Source: an uncultured Dehalococcoidia bacterium
GTDB lineage: Bacteria; Chloroflexota; Dehalococcoidia; UBA2247; RBG-13-53-26
Direction of reading: 5' to 3'
DNA: 64,000 bases
Assembly: GCA_964423835.1 (NCBI GenBank)
Contig: CAYRGJ010000002.1
Span: 104,608 to 168,607 of the forward strand
Position numbers and translations under genes: made by a program. Each line of letters starts with the position of its first letter. Position 1 is the first letter of the stretch. Under the pieces are notes generated by a model. That model made no database searches. It was not told the DNA's origin and saw only the letters and a list, made by a program, of their open reading frames with translations. Of this stretch, positions 55,005 through 63,109 are shown piece by piece.

Positions 55005-56774
55005 ATGTGTGGCATCGTGGGGTACGTGGGTCATCGTCCGGCACAGCCGATCCTGTTCGATTGCCTGGCCAAACTCGAATACCGCGGCTATGACTCGTCA
55101 GGCATCGCCATTCGGGGTAGCGGCATCAGAGTGTCGAAAGACAAGCTCCGGGTGGGAGTCCTTCAGGAGAGCACCCCCCAGCTCAGCGGCCAGATGGGGA
55201 TCGGGCACACCCGGTGGGCCACGCACGGAGCGCCTTCCCGGATGAACGCCCACCCGCACCTCGATTGCACCGGCAGGATAGCAGTGGCGCACAACGGAGT
55301 CATCACCAACTACCTGCAGCTGAAACAGATGCTGATGGCCGACGGGCACGTCTTCACGTCCGAGACGGACACTGAGGTCATACCTCATCTCATAGAGAAG
55401 TACTGGGATGGACAGGGTGACATGACGGCTGCGGTAGAGGCCGCCGTGGGGAGGCTGGAGGGATCGTACGCGTTCGTGGTCCTCTCCGAGCCCGAGGACA
55501 GGCTGCTCGTGGCACGCAAGGACAGCCCTCTCGTGATCGGCGTTGGCGACGGGGAGAACCTGATCGCGTCGGATGTCCCGGCCATAATGGGGTATACCGA
55601 CCGCATGATCTGTCTTGAGAACGGGGATGTGGGCGTCATCAGCGACAGCGGAGTCAGGGTGATGCAGAACGGCCGGGACGTGGACCGGCGCATGGAAGTG
55701 GTCAGCTGGAACAAGGGCAGCAACGGCAAGTGCGGCTGCGAGCACTACATGCTAAAGGAGATCCGGGAGCAGCCGGGGGTAATCTCGAGCACGCTGTCTC
55801 AGGGGTTGCCGTCGCCGGTAGCCTCGATTTTCAGTCAGGGCAAGCCCGACGTGCTCATCCTGGCCTGCGGCACGTCATATCATGCTGGCCTGGTGGGCAA
55901 GTACATCATGGAGGAGCTGCTGGGGACCCGGGTCAACACGGAGCTGGCCTCCGAGTTCAACTACCGCAGAGAAGTCCCGCCAGCGGATGTGGCCATTGTC
56001 ATCAGCCAGTCCGGCGAGACGGCTGATGCCCTGGCCTGCATGAAGAGGCTCACCTCCGCCGGCATCAACACGCTGGTCATCACCAACGTCGCCCACAGCT
56101 CGGCGCGCCGGGCAGCCTCGTGCTCGGTCTGCACCTCCGCCGGTCCGGAAGTGAGCGTGGCCGCCACGAAGAGCTTCATGGCCCAGCTGATCACCTTCTA
56201 TCAGATCGCCCTGGCTTCAACCAGCGTGGATGCCTCTACCCGGAACCGTCTGTACCGGGAACTCGAGAGCCTCCCTTCGGTGGTGCAGGGAATGCTGGAC
56301 AACGAGGACCTCATGATCGGGTGCGCCCGGCAGCTTTCCCAGTGCAGCAACGTCTTCTTCATCGGGAGAGGCATAAACCTGCCCATAGCCTACGAGGGGG
56401 CCCTCAAGCTCAAGGAGATCTCCTACATCCATGCTGAGGGTTGCGCGGCCGGCGAGTTGAAGCACGGCCCCCTGGCGCTCATGGGCGAATCGACCCCGAT
56501 CGTGGCCCTGCTCACCAGGGACAGGACCTATGATGTCATGAAGGCCAATATCAAGGAAGCGAAGACCCGGGGGTCCACCACGTTTGTCATAACGGACGAG
56601 AACGTGGACCGGGACGAAGGCGACCAGGCCATAAGGATAGAGAAGGTCGATCCCCTGCTCAGCCCCGTCCTCAATACCGTGGCGCTTCAGCTTCTGGCGT
56701 ATCACGCCGCCAGAGTGAGAGGATGCCCAATAGATTTCCCGAGGAACCTGGCCAAGAGCGTGACGGTAGAGTAG
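55005..56774 (+). CDS. glmS: glutamine--fructose-6-phosphate aminotransferase
   Basis: MCGIVGYVG.. (N-terminal Cys nucleophile), two SIS domains, and C-terminal ..LAKSVTVE. Confidence 0.95.
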   Translation: MCGIVGYVGHRPAQPILFDCLAKLEYRGYDSSGIAIRGSGIRVSKDKLRVGVLQESTPQLSGQMGIGHTRWATHGAPSRMNAHPHLDCTGRIAVAHNGVITNYLQLKQMLMADGHVFTSETDTEVIPHLIEKYWDGQGDMTAAVEAAVGRLEGSYAFVVLSEPEDRLLVARKDSPLVIGVGDGENLIASDVPAIMGYTDRMICLENGDVGVISDSGVRVMQNGRDVDRRMEVVSWNKGSNGKCGCEHYMLKEIREQPGVISSTLSQGLPSPVASIFSQGKPDVLILACGTSYHAGLVGKYIMEELLGTRVNTELASEFNYRREVPPADVAIVISQSGETADALACMKRLTSAGINTLVITNVAHSSARRAASCSVCTSAGPEVSVAATKSFMAQLITFYQIALASTSVDASTRNRLYRELESLPSVVQGMLDNEDLMIGCARQLSQCSNVFFIGRGINLPIAYEGALKLKEISYIHAEGCAAGELKHGPLALMGESTPIVALLTRDRTYDVMKANIKEAKTRGSTTFVITDENVDRDEGDQAIRIEKVDPLLSPVLNTVALQLLAYHAARVRGCPIDFPRNLAKSVTVE

Positions 56775-56827
56775 GTTGCGATCGGGCTCCGGCGGGCAGC
56801 GCGTCGGGCGCGGGCAAGTTGGCTCAT

Positions 56828-57493
56828 ATGCCGATATCAATTCTGCTGGTCGAAGAGCATGCCATGGTCAGGAAGGGGGCCAGGTGCCTTCTCGAAGCCT
56901 TCCCCGAGTACGAGGTGGTGGGCGAGGCCAGCCATGGGTTGGATGCCGTCAGACTGATAACCGAGCTGCAGCCCGACCTGGTGGTGACGGAGCTGCAGCT
57001 GAAGGACCTGGGCGGGTCTGAGCTGGTGCGGCGGATGGGAGAGCTCTCACCTCAGACCAGGATTATTGCGCTCACCCAGTACGACAGCGAGGAGCATGTG
57101 CTCGATGCCCTGCGCGCCGGCGTGAGAGGCTACATTCTCAAGGGAGACAGCCTGGATGAGATAACCAAGGCCATAGAGCAGGTAATGGCCGGCCACTGCT
57201 ATCTCAGCCCCTCCATCCTCTGCCTGGCCATCAATGCGCTGCTGCAGAGGAAGACTGATGGCGTTCAAGACAGCTACGCCACCCTCACCACCAGGGAACG
57301 TGAGGTGCTCATGCTCTCGGCCCAGGGTCTCAGCAACGCCGAGATCGCCGAGAAGCTCTACATCAGCAAGCGCACGGTGGACGTGCACCGCGCCCATCTG
57401 CTGCGCAAGCTGGGATTGAGGACTCAACGCAACCAGCTGCAGGACTACGCCATCAAGGCGGGCATCCTGCCGCCAGAGTGGGAAGAGGAGTGA
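56828..57493 (+). CDS. NarL/FixJ (LuxR-HTH) response regulator with Glu at the phospho-acceptor position
   Basis: ILLVEEH.., PDLVVTELQLKDLGG (canonical NarL has ..LLDLNMPG..), ALTQY, ILKGD. C-terminal LTTREREVLMLSAQGLSNAEIAEKLYISKRTVDVHR. Confidence 0.85.
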   Translation: MPISILLVEEHAMVRKGARCLLEAFPEYEVVGEASHGLDAVRLITELQPDLVVTELQLKDLGGSELVRRMGELSPQTRIIALTQYDSEEHVLDALRAGVRGYILKGDSLDEITKAIEQVMAGHCYLSPSILCLAINALLQRKTDGVQDSYATLTTREREVLMLSAQGLSNAEIAEKLYISKRTVDVHRAHLLRKLGLRTQRNQLQDYAIKAGILPPEWEEE

Positions 57494-57507
57494 TGGCGCC
57501 GGTGATA

Positions 57508-58443
57508 TCAGGGCCTTCCGCCGGGCACAGCCGCTGACCTGTAGTAGCTGGCGGCCAGGCGTATCCCCTGAGCAAAGCTCACCCTGGATGACCATCCCAG
57601 CTCCCCGGAGGCCTTCCGGCAATCCAGCGACATGTGAGTGATCTCGCCGGGGCGCATCAGCTCGTATCTGGGAAGACCCCGGAAGTCCAGCTCGGCGCCC
57701 AGGGCATCGAACACAGCCTGGTCGGGAGTCTGTTCCGGGGTGCCGATGTTGAAGACCCCCTGGCAGGCGCTCTCGATGGCGGTCAGATTGGCTCTGGCCA
57801 CGTCCTCCACATAGACATAGGACCTGGTCTTGTCCCCCGCGCCGAAGATGGTCGGCTGCCGGCCACAGAGCATCTCGTGGGCGAACAGCGGCACCACGCC
57901 AGCCTCGCCATTCGACCTCTGCCGTGGCCCGAAGACATTCGAATAGCGCAGCGCCACGAACGCCAGCCCGTACAGGGACTGGTACACCTGCAGGTAGAGC
58001 TCCACGGCGTACTTGGATACGCCATAGGGTGACAGCGGGCATATCGGGTGCTTCTCGGCCACCGGCAACTGCTGCGGGTTGCCGTAGATGGCGCACGAGG
58101 AGGCGTAGACCACCTTCCTGATGCCCGCCTTCACGCCGCAGCCCAGGACATTGAGGCTGCCCCTGGTGTTCACCTCCGCGTCATACTGGGGGTCCTCTAT
58201 GGACCTGGTCACGCTGGTTTGGGCCGCCTGGTGACAGATGACCTCGGGCCTTTCCGCCGCCAGCACCCGCCCCAGCTCGGCATCGCCGATACTCAGTTGA
58301 TGGAACGCGGCGGCCGGGTGGATGTTGTCCCTGGAGCCGCCCGAGAGATCGTCCACCACGACCACCTCGTGCCCCCGCAGCAGGGCCAGATCCACTATGT
58401 GAGAGCCAATGAAGCCTGCGCCGCCAGTCACCAGTATCTTCAA
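57508..58443 (-). CDS. NAD-dependent sugar-nucleotide epimerase (GalE family)
   Basis: (M)KILVTGGAGFIGSH.., SPYGVSK (YxxxK). TTG at 58443 sits 7 nt after AAGGAG. Confidence 0.85.
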   Translation of the reverse strand: MKILVTGGAGFIGSHIVDLALLRGHEVVVVDDLSGGSRDNIHPAAAFHQLSIGDAELGRVLAAERPEVICHQAAQTSVTRSIEDPQYDAEVNTRGSLNVLGCGVKAGIRKVVYASSCAIYGNPQQLPVAEKHPICPLSPYGVSKYAVELYLQVYQSLYGLAFVALRYSNVFGPRQRSNGEAGVVPLFAHEMLCGRQPTIFGAGDKTRSYVYVEDVARANLTAIESACQGVFNIGTPEQTPDQAVFDALGAELDFRGLPRYELMRPGEITHMSLDCRKASGELGWSSRVSFAQGIRLAASYYRSAAVPGGRP

Positions 58444-58476
58444 GTTCAATCTCCTTCACTCAGGCCCGGAGGCCCT

Positions 58477-59202
58477 TCACGCTCCAGGAACGCTGTGCGC
58501 GGCGGCGCCCCGGCCGATGGCGGAGACGTAGGCCTCGAACCAGAGGGGCAGGGACAGATAGGAGTTGGTGACGTAGCAGTAGCGCAACCCTTCCTCCCAG
58601 GCTCTGAGGGTGAGCCTCACCGCATCCTCCAGAGTATGCCTGGCCCCCAGGCCGGTGACGCTGATCCGCCGGCCGAACTTCCTCTGCGTCTCTGTGAGAG
58701 GCTGCCCGCGCCATTGCTCCGTCGAGTGCATGAAGTCGAAACCGCCGCCGGTGAAAAACCAGGCGTCGAAGTCATCTTGTCCCACGTTTCCCCAGGCCAC
58801 CAGCTGGTGCTCATGGGCCACACGGGTGAGCTCCTTCAGGTAGGCCTTTGCCCCAGGGTCCGGAAAGGCGCTGCATTCGTCGATGAAGACGCCGCTGACC
58901 CCGTCGTTCTTCGCCATGGAGACCACCAGCCGGCGGTTGGTTTCCAGGGAATACCACTGGGGGCCTATGCTGCCGCCGCTTCTGGTCCCTTCATAGCCCG
59001 AAGTGATGTACCCCACGGGTTGCACCCCCTCGCCCTTGAAAGCATCCAGCTCCCGGCTGGACCATCCGGCGCTGCGCCCGTTGACGTTCCCCCAGAGCCC
59101 GTGGGCCGTGTTGCAGACCAGGTATTCAGGAAGGCACGCCAGTATGCGCGCCGAGGCGCGCGCGCTTGTCTCTCCGTAGTAGACGAGGCTGAGCTTCACC
59201 AC
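58477..59202 (-). CDS. Spherulin-4/GH135-GH114-like TIM-barrel protein without a signal peptide (paralog of residues ~40-280 of 53104-54786)
   Basis: LPEYLVCNTAHGLWG, VGYITSGYEG, VSGVFIDECSAFP, VAWGNVG, FDFMHSTEQW, colinear with the secreted paralog. Confidence 0.6.
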   Translation of the reverse strand: MVKLSLVYYGETSARASARILACLPEYLVCNTAHGLWGNVNGRSAGWSSRELDAFKGEGVQPVGYITSGYEGTRSGGSIGPQWYSLETNRRLVVSMAKNDGVSGVFIDECSAFPDPGAKAYLKELTRVAHEHQLVAWGNVGQDDFDAWFFTGGGFDFMHSTEQWRGQPLTETQRKFGRRISVTGLGARHTLEDAVRLTLRAWEEGLRYCYVTNSYLSLPLWFEAYVSAIGRGAAAHSVPGA

Positions 59203-59238
59203 GTCCCTGCCCTCACTTTCTCCATGGCGGATGACATG

Positions 59239-60084
59239 CTACCGGGCCACCACCGGCTCGTCCAGTATGTGCTCGAATCCGGCTATCACATCGGGTTCAT
59301 CCATGGACCTCATCTTCTCCTCCATCCTCTCCCCCATCCGGAGACCGATGAGGCGGACCCTGGTGCTGCCATTCCCGTATTTCTGCAGCGCCTCTCCGAT
59401 CAGGTCCTTCAGCAGGACGGCATCACCGTGAGGAGTGAAGTAGACCTTGCCGTTTTCACCGCGCTCCAGCACGGCCATATAGAGCTTCACCACTCCATCG
59501 ACAGAGGTGTAGAACCGCCTCATGTCCGGGTGGGTGACAGTGATCTCGTTGAATTCCCGGATCTGGTTTACCCAGATATCCATCACGCTGCCGGTAGATC
59601 CCAGGATGTTGCCGGACCGGATGACCATGAATCGGGGGCCCTTGGACTTGGAAGCGCGTTGCTTCACCAGTCTCTCGCAGACCAGCTTGGTGGCGCCGTA
59701 GCAGTTGCAGGGCTCCACCGCCTTATCCGTGGACATCAGGATGAAGGTTTCCCCCTCGAAGGCCCGGAGCATGTTGAGCGTGCCCAGGACGTTAATGGTG
59801 GCGCCCTCCTCGCATTCCTCCTCGCACAGGTCCACCCGCTTCATCGCGGCCAGGTGAATCACGGTGTCCTTGCCCTTGAGGGCGCCCCTGACAAAGGTCT
59901 CATCCCGGATGTCGCCTACACTGAGCCTGAGCGCCGGACTGGAAACCTCGCACTGCAGCTTCGATATGCCGCCCTCGCTGCGAGAGAGAGACGTCACCTC
60001 CACATGGGGGTACCGCCTCAGTAGCTCCTTCAACAGATGCCTTCCCACAAAACCGCTGCCGCCCGTAACCAGAATCCTCTTCAT
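59239..60084 (-). CDS. PseB/FlaA1/CapD-type UDP-sugar 4,6-dehydratase-like SDR (short form)
   Basis: ILVTGGSGFVG.., MSTDKAVEPCNCYGATK, IRSGNILGSTGSV, THPDMRRFY, IGLRMGERMEEKM. The ATG overlaps the upstream stop codon (ATGA). Confidence 0.8.
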   Translation of the reverse strand: MKRILVTGGSGFVGRHLLKELLRRYPHVEVTSLSRSEGGISKLQCEVSSPALRLSVGDIRDETFVRGALKGKDTVIHLAAMKRVDLCEEECEEGATINVLGTLNMLRAFEGETFILMSTDKAVEPCNCYGATKLVCERLVKQRASKSKGPRFMVIRSGNILGSTGSVMDIWVNQIREFNEITVTHPDMRRFYTSVDGVVKLYMAVLERGENGKVYFTPHGDAVLLKDLIGEALQKYGNGSTRVRLIGLRMGERMEEKMRSMDEPDVIAGFEHILDEPVVAR

Positions 60085-61484
60085 TTCTGCTTCTCCTCCT
60101 CCTCTACCTCAGGACTCTTAACCCTCTCCTCCCTGGCCAGCTTGAGAGAGCTCATCGTTGCATAGTGGAAGATGTGATACTCAAAGGAGTGCAGAGTCCG
60201 CAGGGTGACCAGCAGACTCAGCAGGCCCGCGGCAAGGCTTCCAGCGAGGAAGCCAAGCGCGGCAAACCACGTGCTGAACCTCAGGAGCGGGATGGCCCCC
60301 ACTTCAGCCACGCAAACCATCAGCACGGAAAGGGTCGGAATCCGCATGTTGCCGAAAAGGGACAGAACCATGTAGTTGAAGATGATGGTGCTGAAGATGA
60401 TGCTCCCCGCGCCGACCGTCAGCAGGACCTTCATCACGGTGCCCGTGTCGCCGGGGAACAGCAGCCTGGCCAGGCCAACTGCGCCGGCCAGAAATGCCAG
60501 GCCGAACAGAAGCGTCATAGCCAGGTCTCTCCAGTACAGCTTCTTGTATTCATTGGCTGTTCGCCGGATATCGGAGAACCTCCCCTGGTACATCGCCTTG
60601 ACCAGGGGGGCGGCCCTCGCTTCGAAGTGGATCGTCGTTCCCAGACTGAACAGGGGGACAAGGCCCAGGAAGGCTCCGAAGGTATAGGGGCTGCTTATGA
60701 CCAGGCCGCCGCCTGACCGGCTGCCCATCCACAGCCAGACGATCAGCTTGTCTGCGAACACCGCGATAGCGTACAGGATGGGGAACACCGAGGCCCATGG
60801 GTTTCGGCGCAGCAGACTGATTATCGACGACTGCAGGCCCGCCGCCGGCTCCGTCCGGTCGAAGGCTTCCCGCAGGGTGAAAACGGCGCTGGCCAGCAGG
60901 GTCAGGGCACCCGCGGTGTAGCCCAGGAGGGTCAGCGAAGGGTCCAGGCGGTGCAAGGCGTAGGTCAGCAGGAACTGGACCGAGTAGCCCGAGACGAAGA
61001 CCACAGCGAAGCTCACGTGCTGCCTGGTCGCGGCGTAAGCGCCGGCGACCACCCAGACAAGGGATAGAATGAAGAGCAGCGCGGCAAAGAACCCGAAATC
61101 GATGGCCGAGAGACCGACCATGCCCACCAGGAAGTGATACAGCGCGGCGCTGACGGCAATGGCATAGCCGGCGGAGTACGCGGCGCCGACCCTGAACACC
61201 CTGTCCAGGGCGTCCCGGCCGGATGAGCCGTCGCCGATGATGCCCAGGGTGACCGGAGAGATGCCGGCCGTGCCCAGCAGGCTGAGAATCACAGCGGCCA
61301 TCACCGTTATGGTGAAGAGGTTCAGCGCCTGCGAGTCAAAGCGCGTCAGCGTGATGAAAAGCAGCACCGTTATGGCGAAAGTCAGAATGGCCGGCGCTGT
61401 GGCCACGATGGCCCGGGCCGCAGGTGACAGGGCGCGCTGGGGCCGCGGGGCCGGGAGGCTGTTAGTTATTAGCGGAGCGCTCAT
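60081..61484 (-). CDS. PelG-like polytopic membrane protein
   Basis: 467 aa with about 12 hydrophobic segments. VFADKLIVWLW and a C-terminal LHSFEYHIF resemble my recollection of PelG (..WADKFIFW.., ..LEFETF..). It is overlapped by the 3' end of the PelF-like gene. Confidence 0.6.
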   Translation of the reverse strand: MSAPLITNSLPAPRPQRALSPAARAIVATAPAILTFAITVLLFITLTRFDSQALNLFTITVMAAVILSLLGTAGISPVTLGIIGDGSSGRDALDRVFRVGAAYSAGYAIAVSAALYHFLVGMVGLSAIDFGFFAALLFILSLVWVVAGAYAATRQHVSFAVVFVSGYSVQFLLTYALHRLDPSLTLLGYTAGALTLLASAVFTLREAFDRTEPAAGLQSSIISLLRRNPWASVFPILYAIAVFADKLIVWLWMGSRSGGGLVISSPYTFGAFLGLVPLFSLGTTIHFEARAAPLVKAMYQGRFSDIRRTANEYKKLYWRDLAMTLLFGLAFLAGAVGLARLLFPGDTGTVMKVLLTVGAGSIIFSTIIFNYMVLSLFGNMRIPTLSVLMVCVAEVGAIPLLRFSTWFAALGFLAGSLAAGLLSLLVTLRTLHSFEYHIFHYATMSSLKLAREERVKSPEVEEEEKQK

Positions 61485-62859
61485 CGATTACCGCCTGATA
61501 AAGCTCGGCGAACCGGCTGGCCATGACGCGCACATCGTACTTCTCATTAGCCTCCCGGTTGGCCTTCCGGCCCATTTGGAGCCTCAACTCCCGGTCGCCG
61601 ATCAGAACCCCCAGCTTCTCGGCGAGTTGAGCGGGCTGATCGGGAGGAACCACGTAGCCTGTGCCTTCGACTACGATCTCGGGGACCCCACCCACCGCAG
61701 TGCACACCGATGGCAGGCCGCAGCTCATCGCCTCCAGGAGAGCGTAGGGAACTCCTTCGGAGTGGGAGCTGAGGGCAAAGATGTCCACGTTGTGATACCA
61801 GTACATGGGGTCTACGTGGCCCATGAACTTGAAGCTGTCGCCGATGCCCATCTGGTTGACCAGCCTCAAGCACTCCTGGTAGTAGTCCTCTTCCTGCACC
61901 TCCCCCAGGACCAGGAAGTCCGCCTTTTGCTTGTCCAGGACAATCCTGGCGGCCCTGATCAGCACCTCGATCCCCTTGATGGCCACCACCCTGGCGAAGC
62001 AGGCCACCACCGGGGTGCCTCCGTTTCGAGGTGGCCCGGGCAGGAACCGGTCGACCTCAATGCCGTTTTGGATAATCTCGATCTTTTCGATAGGGAGCCC
62101 CAGCCCGGTCTCAATGGCCACATGTTTCTGGCTGGGCGGCACCACCCGGTCCGAGTACCGGTAGACCGTCTTCACGACGGATTCGGCGAAGAGCATGTTC
62201 TGCTTCCGGAAAAACTCGGTGACGTCGTGCCTGGAGAGCTCCTTCTGTCTTTCAACGAGATAGAGGCCCTGCTCGGTCAGCACCAGGGAGCCACCGTAGA
62301 GCAGCTTACCCATGGCGCTGATGATGCCGGCGTGGCCGGCGCTGAGGGCATGATAGACATCGGCCTTGGGCACCTTCGGCAGCACCGAGAGTATGTCGAA
62401 AACCAGGGAATACAGGTTGAAGATGTTCCAGTAGGACTCCACGAACGGTTCATCGGGAGCGCTGGCCTGGCAGTAGTCAACGATGGAGTCCCAGCAGGAG
62501 CGTGAAACCAGCCAGCTCTTGTCCAGTCCATGATCTCTATAGGCGTCAACGATTACCTCGAGGTCCAGCGGCGCCCCGTGGAGGATGCTCTGCATCGAGT
62601 TCGCCACCGCATCCGAGATCCTGCGGGGCAGCCTGGGCGTCTTCTCGGGAAACGGCGTATTCAGAGGCGCAATGATTATGGAGTCCACGTTGGGCAACCG
62701 GGGGTAAGCCAGCTTGGTGAACTCCGGTGTGGTCACAGCATACACATCAAACCGGGTGGTCTCCATGGCCCTTATAAGGAAATGGGCCAGTGTGCTCAGC
62801 CCGCCAAACCTTATAGGGTAGCTGCCTTCAGTCACCATGCACACCCTCATTGGTTTCAT
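61462..62859 (-). CDS. PelF-like glycosyltransferase (DUF3492-type N-terminal region plus GT4)
   Basis: VCMVTEGSYPIRFGGLS, VYHALSAGHAGI...LVLTEQGLYLVERQKEL, IIQNGIEVDRF, ARVVAIKGIEVLIRA, EGVPYALLEAMSCGLP. ATG at 62859 preferred; TTG at 62898 is possible. Confidence 0.8.
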   Translation of the reverse strand: MKPMRVCMVTEGSYPIRFGGLSTLAHFLIRAMETTRFDVYAVTTPEFTKLAYPRLPNVDSIIIAPLNTPFPEKTPRLPRRISDAVANSMQSILHGAPLDLEVIVDAYRDHGLDKSWLVSRSCWDSIVDYCQASAPDEPFVESYWNIFNLYSLVFDILSVLPKVPKADVYHALSAGHAGIISAMGKLLYGGSLVLTEQGLYLVERQKELSRHDVTEFFRKQNMLFAESVVKTVYRYSDRVVPPSQKHVAIETGLGLPIEKIEIIQNGIEVDRFLPGPPRNGGTPVVACFARVVAIKGIEVLIRAARIVLDKQKADFLVLGEVQEEDYYQECLRLVNQMGIGDSFKFMGHVDPMYWYHNVDIFALSSHSEGVPYALLEAMSCGLPSVCTAVGGVPEIVVEGTGYVVPPDQPAQLAEKLGVLIGDRELRLQMGRKANREANEKYDVRVMASRFAELYQAVIDERSANN

Positions 62860-63005
62860 CTCATCCCCTGATGCAGCGCCCGAGATGGGGCGCATCAATC
62901 GGCTGACTCCATTCTAGGTCGAGGGGAATTCCGGGGAATACGTGCACAATCCACAATGGGCCGGCGCGGAATGCGTAATTGCCGGTAGTTAGTACCTAGG
63001 TGTGA

Positions 63006-63086
63006 GGGCCGCCGCGGGGGTCCGGGCGGAGCGGGGCTGCCGCTGTGGATCCGAGCGGAATGGGGCCGCCGCGGGGATCCGGGCGG
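63006..63086. repeat. two 24-nt direct repeats 57 nt apart, in the region upstream of the PelF-like gene
   Basis: gggccgccgcgggggtccgggcgg (63006-63029) and gggccgccgcggggatccgggcgg (63063-63086), with one mismatch. Confidence 0.6.
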
Positions 63087-63109
63087 CCCCGGGTCTTGGG
63101 CGGCCGCGC

